Assembly (NCBI GenBank): GCA_902793245.1
Contig: CADBCX010000008.1
Location: 155 to 64,154, forward strand
Origin: an uncultured Eubacteriales bacterium
GTDB taxonomy: Bacteria > Bacillota > Clostridia > Christensenellales > Aristaeellaceae
Direction of reading: 5' to 3'
DNA length: 64,000 nt
Shown here piece by piece: positions 8,465 to 17,669 of this stretch. Made by a program: the position numbers and the translations under genes. The first letter of the stretch is position 1. The number at the start of each line of letters is the position of its first letter. A model generated the notes under the pieces. That model worked only from the letters and a program-made list of their open reading frames with translations. It ran no database searches and was not told the origin of the DNA.

Positions 8465-11431
8465 ATGAACCGTCTTGCCGGGATCGTCCTGCTGATACTC
8501 TGCCTGACAGGGGCGTGCTGCGCCTGCGCGGAAAGCGCGGGAGGCGACTGGGCGGATATGTACGCCCTGTCCGTGGAGAACGCCATCGAGTACGGCGACC
8601 TGCGGGAGGAATGGGCCAAGGAGCCTGACGTGTACAAGCCCGCTCCCCAGGGCGCGGAAATCGTTCTGCTGCCAAAGGACGCGGCGCTGTCCGGCGACAT
8701 CGCCTTGGAATCCGGCTTTGAAGCCTATCCCGGCCTGTATTCCAATGAAAACGAAACCCCGGAAAGCGTGCTGGTGTCCGGTGATAACGAGTGCGCCGCC
8801 GCCTGGAAGATCACTGTGGAGCAGCCCGGCCTGTATGAACTGAAGGTGTCCTACCTGGCCCTGGGCGGCAACGAAATCAAGGTGCAGCGGAAAATCACCA
8901 TCGACGGGGAAACGCCCTACGAGGAAGCCAACAACCTGTGCTTCTACCGGGTATTCGAGGAAGAAATTCAGCCCGACGGCAAAATGCGCCTGAACGCCAT
9001 CAACGACGAGGTCTGGCCCCACATGATCGAAAAGCGCGTGTGGCAGACCGTCCGGGCGGTGGATCAGCAGGCGATTTACGTGGACCCGCTGCAATTCTAT
9101 CTCTCCGCGGGCGAACACGAAATCGTATTGGAATATGTGGATCAGCCCGTGGTGCTGGGGAATATCGCCTTCGTTTCTCCCATCGTTTATCCAACCTATA
9201 AAGAAAAATTGGCGGAATGGCAGGCCGCGGGATACAAGAACGTATCCGACGATACCGTGATCAAATTGCAGGCGGAAAACAGCGCCTGGCGCAGCGAGAA
9301 CGTCATCCGCCGCGAGTCCGACGCCGACCCGCTGACCGAGCCCAAGTCCGGGGCCAACCGGGTGCTGAACATCGTGGGCGGCTACCGCTGGCGCCTGGGC
9401 AACGCGGCGGTGAGCTGGGACATCGACGTGCCAGAAAGCGGGCTGTACGCTCTTCACTTTAAAGTATTGCAGACCACCGACCCCGGCATGCCCTCCTACC
9501 GGCAGATCATGATCGACGGGGAAATCCCCTTTGACGAAATGCGGCTGTACGCCTTCCCCTACGACAGCCACTGGTACGGCGAAACCTTCCGGGACGGCGA
9601 CGGCAATCCCTATTGCTTCTATCTGGAAAAGGGTGTCCATACCCTGACCGCCACCGTGAAGCTGGGGCCCATCGGCGAGATCATGCGCCGCACGGAAAAG
9701 GACACCACCTACCTGGGCCGGGTGCAGCGGGAGATCGTGAAGATCACCGGCACCGAACCGGACTACAACTACGAATACGATCTGTACCGCACCATGCCGG
9801 AGCTGAGCGGGCAGCTGACCTATCTGGCCGGGCGGCTCCAGGAAAGCGCCGACCTGCTTTCCTCCATCTCCAACGAGACCACCTCCATGGAGAACAACTT
9901 CCGCCAGATCATCGACCAGCTTCACTTCTTCTCCGAGGACGTGGACCGGATTCCCAAGGCGTTAAGCGACCTGGACAACGCCCAGACCAACCTGGGCACC
10001 TACATTTCCACCATCGAAAAATGCCCCATGGCCATGGACTACCTGATGCTGTCCTCCCCGGATGTGAGCATGGACATCGCCACCTCCAACTTCCTCCAGC
10101 GCATGGCGGTGACGGGTGAAAACTTCCTGGCCTCGTTTACGAAGGACTATGACAGCGTGGGCCTGATCGTGGACGACAGCAGCGCGCAGGAAACCACCGT
10201 GCTGAACGTGTGGATCGCCCGGGGCACCGAGTGGGGCGAAATTCTGAAAGAGCTGGCTGACGAGGAGTTCACACCCAAGACCGGCATCGTCATCAACCTG
10301 CACGTGCTGCCCACGGGCCAGCTTTCCACCGGCTCCGTGAACACCATCATGCTTTCCGTGGCCAGCGGCACCGCGCCGGACGTGGCGCTTTCCGTGGAAT
10401 ACAACCTGCCCAACGAGTTCGCTTTCCGCGGCGCGGTGTGCGACCTGAGCCAGTTCCCCGGCTTTGAGGACGTCACGAAGAATTTCTATCCCAGCAGCCT
10501 GGTGCCCTTCCAATACAACGGCGGGGTGTACGCGCTGCCGGAGACCATGGACTTTACCTGCATGATCTACCGCCGGGACGTGCTGGCCGAGCTGGGCGTG
10601 GAGCTGCCGGAGACCTGGGAGGATCTGTACCAGAAGGTGCTGCCCCGGCTTTACGAAAACAACATGAGCTTCTCCCTGCCGGTGGATACGTCGGTCTCCA
10701 GCAATTCCCCCGGCGCACTGCGGGGCTTCACCATGCTGCTGCTGCAAACGGGCGGGGATTACTACCATGATAACGGCGCTTCCTCCGCCCTGGACACCCC
10801 CGAAGCCTACAAGGCGTTCAAGGCCTGGACGGACATGTACGCCAACTACGAAATTGACGCGGAAAGCAATTTCTTTACCCGCATCCGCACCGGCACCATG
10901 CCCGTGGGCATCGGCAACTTCACCACCTACATGCAGCTGATGACCTCGGCTCCCGAACTGTACGGACGGTGGAGCATTGCCCCCGTCCCCGGCACGCGTC
11001 AGGCGGACGGCACGGTGAAGCACACCGTCGGCACCACCGCGGCGACGGCGGATATTATTCTTTCCCAGAGCGAAAAGAAAGACGCGGCCTGGGAGTTCCT
11101 CAAATGGTGGAGCAGCGAGGAAACCCAGACCCGATATGGCCGCGAGCTGGAAGCCATTTTAGGCATGGGCGCGCGCTGGAACACCGCCAACGTGAACGCT
11201 TTCTATTCCCTGCCCTGGGACGCCCGGCACGAGCGCGTCATCCGCGCCCAGATGGACGCCGCGGAGGAACAGCTCATCGTCCCCGGCGGCTACTTCACCG
11301 GGCGGCACATCATCAACGCCTGGAACCGGGTGTGCATCAACAACGAAAACGCCCGCGACGCCCTGGAAAAGGCGGTCAAGGACATTAACAAAGAGCTTCA
11401 CAATAAGCGGGTGGAGTTTGGATTAGAGTGA
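8465..11431 (+). CDS. giant (988 aa) extracellular solute-binding protein: two CBM-like beta-sandwich repeats + helical linker + family-1 SBP domain
   Basis: Signal peptide with a Cys-rich end (LCLTGACCACA). Internal duplication (GLYELKVSYLAL...ITIDGETPYEE versus GLYALHFKVLQT...IMIDGEIPFDE). The C-terminal ~420 aa look like a CUT1 sugar SBP. Confidence 0.75.
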   Translation: MNRLAGIVLLILCLTGACCACAESAGGDWADMYALSVENAIEYGDLREEWAKEPDVYKPAPQGAEIVLLPKDAALSGDIALESGFEAYPGLYSNENETPESVLVSGDNECAAAWKITVEQPGLYELKVSYLALGGNEIKVQRKITIDGETPYEEANNLCFYRVFEEEIQPDGKMRLNAINDEVWPHMIEKRVWQTVRAVDQQAIYVDPLQFYLSAGEHEIVLEYVDQPVVLGNIAFVSPIVYPTYKEKLAEWQAAGYKNVSDDTVIKLQAENSAWRSENVIRRESDADPLTEPKSGANRVLNIVGGYRWRLGNAAVSWDIDVPESGLYALHFKVLQTTDPGMPSYRQIMIDGEIPFDEMRLYAFPYDSHWYGETFRDGDGNPYCFYLEKGVHTLTATVKLGPIGEIMRRTEKDTTYLGRVQREIVKITGTEPDYNYEYDLYRTMPELSGQLTYLAGRLQESADLLSSISNETTSMENNFRQIIDQLHFFSEDVDRIPKALSDLDNAQTNLGTYISTIEKCPMAMDYLMLSSPDVSMDIATSNFLQRMAVTGENFLASFTKDYDSVGLIVDDSSAQETTVLNVWIARGTEWGEILKELADEEFTPKTGIVINLHVLPTGQLSTGSVNTIMLSVASGTAPDVALSVEYNLPNEFAFRGAVCDLSQFPGFEDVTKNFYPSSLVPFQYNGGVYALPETMDFTCMIYRRDVLAELGVELPETWEDLYQKVLPRLYENNMSFSLPVDTSVSSNSPGALRGFTMLLLQTGGDYYHDNGASSALDTPEAYKAFKAWTDMYANYEIDAESNFFTRIRTGTMPVGIGNFTTYMQLMTSAPELYGRWSIAPVPGTRQADGTVKHTVGTTAATADIILSQSEKKDAAWEFLKWWSSEETQTRYGRELEAILGMGARWNTANVNAFYSLPWDARHERVIRAQMDAAEEQLIVPGGYFTGRHIINAWNRVCINNENARDALEKAVKDINKELHNKRVEFGLE

Positions 11432-11434
11432 GGA

Positions 11435-12355
11435 GTGATCGCCTTGCAGGCAGCGGTAAAGAAAAGCGGCTTCAGGGAATGGCTGCGGAAGAACGGCACG
11501 GGATACGCTTTCCTGCTGCCCTTCCTGATCCTGTTCGCGGTGTTTGTGATCGTGCCGGTCGCGGTGGCGATGTATTACAGCCTGACCAACTACAACATGA
11601 TCCAGCCCGCCCGGTTTGTGGGGCTAAGCAATTATTCCCAGCTGATCCTGGACGACGACGTGTTCCTGATTTCCCTCAAGAACACGATGGTTTTCGCCGT
11701 CATCACCGGGCCGATTGGGTACTTTGCCTCCTTCCTCATGGCCTGGCTGATTACGCTGGTGAAGAAGGGCAGGGGCTTTTTCTCCCTCATGTTCTACGCG
11801 CCCTCGCTGACCAGCGGCGTGGCCATGGCGAACATCTGGCTCATCCTCTTTTCCGGCGACCGGTACGGCTACATCAATAACCTGCTGCTGCGCTCCGGGC
11901 TGATTCTGGAGCCGATCCTCTGGACGAAGGACGCCACCTACGTGCTGCCCGTGGTCATGATTATTTCCATCTGGATGAGCATGGGCACCGGCTTCCTGGT
12001 GTTCCTGGCGGGCCTGCAAAATGTTGACCCCGCCATGTACGAGGCCGCCCGGGTGGACGGCATCAAGAACAAGTTCCAGGAGCTTCGGTTCATCACCCTG
12101 CCCATGATGAAGCCGCAAATGCTGTTCGGGGCCATCAACGCCATCGTGGGCGCCTTCGGCGTGTTTGACGTGGCCACCGCCGTGGCGGGCCTGCCCAGCC
12201 CCAACTACGCCGCCCATACCATCGTGGCGCACCTGTACGACTACGCCTTCACCCGCTTCAATATGGGCTACGCCAGCGCGGTGGCCATGGCGCTGTTCGT
12301 GATTACGTTCACCCTGGGCCGCATTTGCATGCATGTATTTAAGGACAACACCTGA
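11435..12355 (+). CDS. carbohydrate ABC transporter permease (MalF-like)
   Basis: Six-TM pattern and the EAA-type loop AARVDGIKNKFQELRFITLPMMKP. GTG start, exact start uncertain. Confidence 0.85.
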   Translation: MIALQAAVKKSGFREWLRKNGTGYAFLLPFLILFAVFVIVPVAVAMYYSLTNYNMIQPARFVGLSNYSQLILDDDVFLISLKNTMVFAVITGPIGYFASFLMAWLITLVKKGRGFFSLMFYAPSLTSGVAMANIWLILFSGDRYGYINNLLLRSGLILEPILWTKDATYVLPVVMIISIWMSMGTGFLVFLAGLQNVDPAMYEAARVDGIKNKFQELRFITLPMMKPQMLFGAINAIVGAFGVFDVATAVAGLPSPNYAAHTIVAHLYDYAFTRFNMGYASAVAMALFVITFTLGRICMHVFKDNT

Positions 12356-12374
12356 CGGAAGGAGGCGGAAAAAC

Positions 12375-13265
12375 GTGACTGCAAAAGCTGTGTACAGGCC
12401 CCGTCGGTTCAAGTTCCGATTAAAAAAGCTCACCTTTTCCCGTTTCATGCTCTATCTGCTTCTGACCGCGCTGGTGATGATCGCGGGCCTGCCGCTGTTC
12501 GCCATGGTGTGCCGCAGCCTCATGCCGCTGGACGAGTTGTACATTTACCCGCCCCGGCTCATCGTGCATAAGCCGACGCTGCGCAATTTCAGCGACCTGC
12601 TCACCTCCCTTTCCTCCTCCACGGTGCCCTTCACGCGCTACATTTTCAACTCCCTGTTCACCACCGTGGTGACGGTGCTGGCCAGCGTGATCGTGTGCTG
12701 CATGGGCGCTTACGGCCTGGTGAAGCACAAGCCCGCGGGCAGCGGCCCCATTTTCGCGGTGGTGCTGGCAGCGCTGATGTTCTCCGCCCACGTGACGCAG
12801 ATCCCCAACTATATGGTGGTGAACAAGCTGCGGCTGGTAAACACCTATTGGGCGCTGATCATCCCCAAAATCGCGGTGGCGTACAACTTCTTCCTGGTGA
12901 AGCAGTTCTGCGAACAGCTGCCCGACTCCATCCTGGAGGCGGCCCGCATCGACGGGGCCAAGGAGTTCCGGGTGTTCTGGACCATCGCCATGCCGCTTTT
13001 GCAGCCCGCCTGGACGACCCTGGCGGTATTCAGCTTCGTCAATAACTGGAACGACTATTTCTCTCCCCTGATTTTTATTTCCAGCAACGCCCTGAAAACC
13101 CTGCCCCTGGCCCTGCAAACCCTGTCCGGCGGCGCGGGCGTGGTGGCGAGGGCCGGCACCGTGGGCGCGGCCACGTTCCTGACCACCGTGCCTTCCATCC
13201 TGGTGTTCGCCATCATGCGCGGCAAGGTCATGGAAACCATGTCCTTCTCGGGCATCAAGTCGTAA
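12375..13265 (+). CDS. carbohydrate ABC transporter permease (MalG-like)
   Basis: EAA loop EAARIDGAKEFRVFWTIAMPLLQP. GTG at 12375 is preceded by GGAAGGAGG. Confidence 0.85.
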   Translation: MTAKAVYRPRRFKFRLKKLTFSRFMLYLLLTALVMIAGLPLFAMVCRSLMPLDELYIYPPRLIVHKPTLRNFSDLLTSLSSSTVPFTRYIFNSLFTTVVTVLASVIVCCMGAYGLVKHKPAGSGPIFAVVLAALMFSAHVTQIPNYMVVNKLRLVNTYWALIIPKIAVAYNFFLVKQFCEQLPDSILEAARIDGAKEFRVFWTIAMPLLQPAWTTLAVFSFVNNWNDYFSPLIFISSNALKTLPLALQTLSGGAGVVARAGTVGAATFLTTVPSILVFAIMRGKVMETMSFSGIKS

Positions 13266-13278
13266 GGGGGGAAGGAAG

Positions 13279-14730
13279 ATGAAAAAAGCGTTCATTCTTT
13301 CCCTGGCGCTGCTGCTTCTGTGGCTGCCAACCGCCCGGGCCGTGGTGGGCATGGACGCCTTCGTGGTGGACACCGACACCACCGACGGCGGCGACAATTA
13401 CATTCCCATCCCCGCGGCTTATGAAGTATACGGTACCATCAAGAACCTGGGCGAAAACGGCTTCATGAACCACCCGGAGGATATTTTCGTCGCCCCGGAC
13501 GACACCCTGTACGTGGCCGACGGCGAAAACAACCGGGTGCTGCAAATGACCCGGGAGGGCCGGGTGCTGAATATCATCACCGAAGCCTGCGGAAAAAAGC
13601 TGAACAAGCCCCGGGGCGTGTATGTGCACACCGACGGCAGCGTGTGGATCGCCGACACCGGCAACCTGCGCATCGCCACGCTGAACGCCGACGGCAGCGA
13701 CCGCAAGGAGTACATAAAGCCCGAGTCCTCCCTGCTGGGCGCGAACTTCACCTTCGACGTCCAGAAAATTTTCGTGGCGAATACCGGCTACATCTACGCC
13801 CTCAAGGGCGCGAACCTGATCGCCCTGGACGAAGCGAACAATTTCCGCGGCTACCTGGGCGCCGACAAGGTAGGCTTTTCCCTGAGCCGCTTCCTGGTGC
13901 GCCTGTTCGGCAGCAAGAGCCAGATCGAGCGCACCGTGAAGCAGGAGCCCGCCAGCTATTCCAACTTCTTCATCGGCGCGGACAACATGATCTACGGCAT
14001 CCTGTCCAACAAAAAGACCGCGCAGATTCGCAAGCTCAACTCCGTGGGCACCAACACCTATCCCGAAGAGACCTACGGCTTCATCCTGCCCGACCCCTCG
14101 CTGGGGGCCAACGGCAAGGTGCTGGAGCCTACCTTCTCCGACATTACCGTGGAGGACAACGGCATCATCACGGTGGTGGACCGCATCACCGGGCTGATTT
14201 ACCAGTATGACCAGGACGGCAACCTGCTGTGCTGCTTCGGCGGCACGGGTGACACGGAGGGCCTGTTCCAGATTCCCATCAGCATCGAGGCGGACAGCGA
14301 GGGCTACCTCTACGTGCTGGATTACCAGTCCAACACCATTACCGTGTTCCGGCCCACCCACTTCATCACCCTGGTGCACCAGGCGGTCACGCTCCACGGC
14401 GAAGGCCGCTACCAGGAGGCCCTGGGTTACTGGAAGCAGGCGCTGGAAATCGACAGCAACTATGCCCTGGCCCATCAGGGCGTGGCAAAGATCATGGGCA
14501 AGCAGGAGGATTGGGGCAGCGCCCTGCGCTCCTACGAATTGGCCAACGACCGGGAGGGTTACTCCGAAGCCTTCGCCGAATACCGCCACGAATATTTCCG
14601 GCAGCACTTCCTGCTGGTGGTGGCGTGTACGGTGGCGATTGTGTTCATCACGGTAAAGCTCTTGTCCCTGGCGAAGAAAAAGGCTGACCAGTGGGCCGAC
14701 GACGTGCAGATGGGGAGGGGATTGAAATGA
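13279..14730 (+). CDS. signal-peptide protein with NHL-type beta-propeller repeats, a TPR segment and a C-terminal TM anchor
   Basis: Repeats of the type YVADGENNRVLQM, WIADTGNLRIATL, YVLDYQSNTITVF. TPR-like YQEALGYWKQALEIDSNYALAH. TM segment LLVVACTVAIVFITVKLL. Confidence 0.65.
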   Translation: MKKAFILSLALLLLWLPTARAVVGMDAFVVDTDTTDGGDNYIPIPAAYEVYGTIKNLGENGFMNHPEDIFVAPDDTLYVADGENNRVLQMTREGRVLNIITEACGKKLNKPRGVYVHTDGSVWIADTGNLRIATLNADGSDRKEYIKPESSLLGANFTFDVQKIFVANTGYIYALKGANLIALDEANNFRGYLGADKVGFSLSRFLVRLFGSKSQIERTVKQEPASYSNFFIGADNMIYGILSNKKTAQIRKLNSVGTNTYPEETYGFILPDPSLGANGKVLEPTFSDITVEDNGIITVVDRITGLIYQYDQDGNLLCCFGGTGDTEGLFQIPISIEADSEGYLYVLDYQSNTITVFRPTHFITLVHQAVTLHGEGRYQEALGYWKQALEIDSNYALAHQGVAKIMGKQEDWGSALRSYELANDREGYSEAFAEYRHEYFRQHFLLVVACTVAIVFITVKLLSLAKKKADQWADDVQMGRGLK

Positions 14731-15359
14731 CGGGCTTCAAGCTGTGCGTCATGATGCTGTTCCATCCCATCGTGGTGAGCGAATACATCAAGAAGCAGCG
14801 CGGCGACGCGGGGTTCAAGCGCATGAGCGCCGTCCTGGTGGCGGTGCTGCTGGCCCTGGCGCTGGGCGTGAGCGTGTTCTCCATTTATTTCACGCATTAT
14901 CCCCTGTCCACCGTGTCGGTGCGCAAGGCCAACCTGCTGCTGGAATGCGGCAAGCTGTTCGTGCCGGTGCTGACGTGGATCCTGGCCTCCTACGCCATGA
15001 CCACCATCTTGGACGGCGCGACCAAGATCGGCGAGGCGATGATCTACAACACCCTGTCGCTGATGCCCTACGTGCTGTTCACGGTGCCGGTGGTGCTGCT
15101 CTCCCGCGTCATGGACGGCGGCCAGGCCGGGCTGTATTACACCCTGACCGGCGGGCAGATCGCCTGGGTGATCCTGCTGATGATCGTGGGCCTCAAGGAA
15201 ATGAACGAATACAGCGTGAAAAAGACCGTGCTGGTGGTGCTGCTGACGGTGTTCACCATGGCGGTCATCTGGGCCACCATCGTGCTGCTGTTCACCATCT
15301 CCTCCCAGTTCGTCACCATGATCCGGGAAGTGTACTTTGAAATTGTATACAGGATATAA
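14727..15359 (+). CDS. Yip1-domain integral membrane protein
   Basis: About 5 TM segments. N-terminal LFHPIVVSEYIKKQRG resembles bacterial YIP1-family starts. ATGA start/stop overlap with the upstream gene. Confidence 0.6.
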   Translation: MTGFKLCVMMLFHPIVVSEYIKKQRGDAGFKRMSAVLVAVLLALALGVSVFSIYFTHYPLSTVSVRKANLLLECGKLFVPVLTWILASYAMTTILDGATKIGEAMIYNTLSLMPYVLFTVPVVLLSRVMDGGQAGLYYTLTGGQIAWVILLMIVGLKEMNEYSVKKTVLVVLLTVFTMAVIWATIVLLFTISSQFVTMIREVYFEIVYRI

Positions 15360-15366
15360 AGGAAGG

Positions 15367-15477
15367 AGAGTACAGAGTTCAGAGTGCAGAGTACAGATGA
15401 GTCAGTAAGCGCTTTCAGAATCCTGTATGGACAGACAAAATAAATCTGTACTCTGAACTCTGTACTCTGTACACTCT
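15367..15477 (+). repeat. heptad-array hairpin repeat, copy 2
   Basis: Left arm AGAGTACAGAGTTCAGAGTGCAGAGTACAGA and right arm TCTGTACTCTGAACTCTGTACTCTGTACACTCT around a 47-nt loop. Confidence 0.85.
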
Positions 15478-15530
15478 TTCAAACCGAGCGACTGAATATA
15501 TACCTGCATTGTTAGAACGGAGGGCACAGC

Positions 15531-17657
15531 ATGAAAAAAACCGGTATTCTGTTTTTCCTGCTGATTGCGGCGCTTGCCATCGTGCCCGCTTGGGCGGAAG
15601 AAACAAGCCCGGAGCGTATCCCCGTGGCGGAGAATGACCGGCTGGCGCTGTACCTGGACCCCGGCCTTTGCTCCATTGACATTGAGGACAAGCTGACGGG
15701 CCGGACCTGGTCCTCCACCATGAACGATGAAACCGCCGAAGGCATGAAAATCATCCCCGCCCAGAAAAAGAAAGTGACCAGCCTGCTGGCTGTCAACTGC
15801 ACCAATTTGCAGACCGGCCTGGGCGTGGTGAACAACCTGGCGCTGATGGCGGAAAAAGACCTGAAAGCCTCCTATGAACTGATCGAAAACGGCGTGCGGC
15901 TGACCTATTATCTGGGCACCTACCAGGTGGGCGTCAGCGCGGAAATCACCCTGGACGGGGCCAGCCTGGTGGCCCGGGTGCCTTACGAAAGCATCCGGGA
16001 GGACGGGGACTTTTCCCTGGTCAGCGTGGACATGCTGCCCTTCCTCTTTTCCGCCACCGACAAGGCCGAGGGCTTTTTCCTCTATCCCGACGGCTGCGGC
16101 GCGGTGATGGAGTTTCAGGACAACGCCCATTATAAGGAATCCACCCGGCTCTATCCCGTCTACGGCGATTACCAGAAGCAGGCCACGCTGCTGGACATGT
16201 TCGCCCAGGAAGCGCCGGTGGTCATGATGCCGGTGTTCGCCATGAACCGGGGCGGGCACAGCCTGATGGCGATCATTGAGGAGGGCGCGGAATCCAGCCG
16301 CATTTCCCTGAACTGCTCCAACAACATCATCGGCATCAACTACCTGTTCGCCAACTTCCAGTACCGCCGCGCGTTCAGCGATAAGCGCGTCACCGACCGC
16401 GACATCCGCGTGTACGACAAGGACGATATCAAAACCGACTACCAGCTGCGGGTGCTGTTCCTGGAAGAGGAAAACGCCGATTACAGCGCCATGGCCCGAG
16501 TCTGGCGGGATTATCTGCTGGAGAGGGGCATCGTATCCCGCGGCGAACGCAGGCCCACCGTCGCCATCGACCTGTTTATGAGCGCGCCGGAGGAAGGCCT
16601 GCTGTTCGACACGCCGCGCACCGTGACCACCCTTTCCCAGGCGGAAGAAATCCTGGAATCCCTGGACAGCCTGGGCGTCAAAAACATCCGGGCGTCGGTG
16701 AAGGGCTGGACGGCGGGCAGCTACGGCAAGACCCCTGACCATTTCCCCATCGCCCGCTCCGTAGGCGACAGGGATGCGCTGGTGCATCTGATTGAGACCG
16801 TCCACCGGCTGGGCGGCACCCTGTCCCTCACCGCCAATTTCATGGAAGCCCAGGCCGACGAACGGGGCTACTCCCACCGCAACGACGTGGTGTACACCGG
16901 CAACCACACCGTCCTGACGGACAAGGAAGAAACCGTGTTCATGCTCAGCCCCGACGTGAGCAAGGAAAAGTTTGACCGGTTCCGGAAGGACGCTTCCTCC
17001 TATCCCCTGGACGGCGTGCGCTTCGAGCGGATGGGCCAGTACGTGGGCTTCAATTACGGCGCCCGCCGCTACACCACCGCCGCGGAAGCGCTGGCGCTGT
17101 ACCGGGCTATGCTGGACGAAAGCAAAGCGGCTTTCGGCAGCGCGGAGGCCGAGGGTGGCAACGCCTGCCTGCTGGGCGCGGCGGACTTCTTCACGAATGT
17201 TCCGTATAAGGACTACGGCTGCCAGGCCACCACCCGCGCCGTGCCCTTCTATCAGGTGGCGCTGCATGGGCTGGTGGATTACGCGGGACGGCCCGGCAAC
17301 CTGAGCAGCGATCTGGAACGGGAGGTGCTGCGCTGGGTGGAGATGGGCTACACGCCCTTCTTCGAGCTGACCCACGGCAACACCGAGGAATTGATGTACA
17401 CGAATTATCAAATTCTCTTTTCCGCCGAGTACACCGCCTGGCAGGAGCGGGTGGCCTGGGCCGCGAAGCAGTTCACCGAAGGCCCCCTGGCGGAGCTGGC
17501 CGGCGTGTGCATCGCCGAGCATGAGCGCCTCAGCGACACCCTGGCGAAAGTCACCTATGAAAACGGCGCCGTCGTCTATGTGAATTACGCCGATGAAGCC
17601 GTCCAGGCCGACGGCGTAGATATCCCCGCGCAGAGCTGGAAAGCGGTGCATGAGTGA
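15531..17657 (+). CDS. 708-aa secreted protein of unknown function (possibly glycoside-hydrolase-like; DUF5696-type by context, unverified)
   Basis: Signal peptide LLIAALAIVPAWA. Long ORF with good coding character. I recognise no catalytic motif. Confidence 0.6.
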   Translation: MKKTGILFFLLIAALAIVPAWAEETSPERIPVAENDRLALYLDPGLCSIDIEDKLTGRTWSSTMNDETAEGMKIIPAQKKKVTSLLAVNCTNLQTGLGVVNNLALMAEKDLKASYELIENGVRLTYYLGTYQVGVSAEITLDGASLVARVPYESIREDGDFSLVSVDMLPFLFSATDKAEGFFLYPDGCGAVMEFQDNAHYKESTRLYPVYGDYQKQATLLDMFAQEAPVVMMPVFAMNRGGHSLMAIIEEGAESSRISLNCSNNIIGINYLFANFQYRRAFSDKRVTDRDIRVYDKDDIKTDYQLRVLFLEEENADYSAMARVWRDYLLERGIVSRGERRPTVAIDLFMSAPEEGLLFDTPRTVTTLSQAEEILESLDSLGVKNIRASVKGWTAGSYGKTPDHFPIARSVGDRDALVHLIETVHRLGGTLSLTANFMEAQADERGYSHRNDVVYTGNHTVLTDKEETVFMLSPDVSKEKFDRFRKDASSYPLDGVRFERMGQYVGFNYGARRYTTAAEALALYRAMLDESKAAFGSAEAEGGNACLLGAADFFTNVPYKDYGCQATTRAVPFYQVALHGLVDYAGRPGNLSSDLEREVLRWVEMGYTPFFELTHGNTEELMYTNYQILFSAEYTAWQERVAWAAKQFTEGPLAELAGVCIAEHERLSDTLAKVTYENGAVVYVNYADEAVQADGVDIPAQSWKAVHE

Positions 17658-17669
17658 GGAGGTGTCCCC

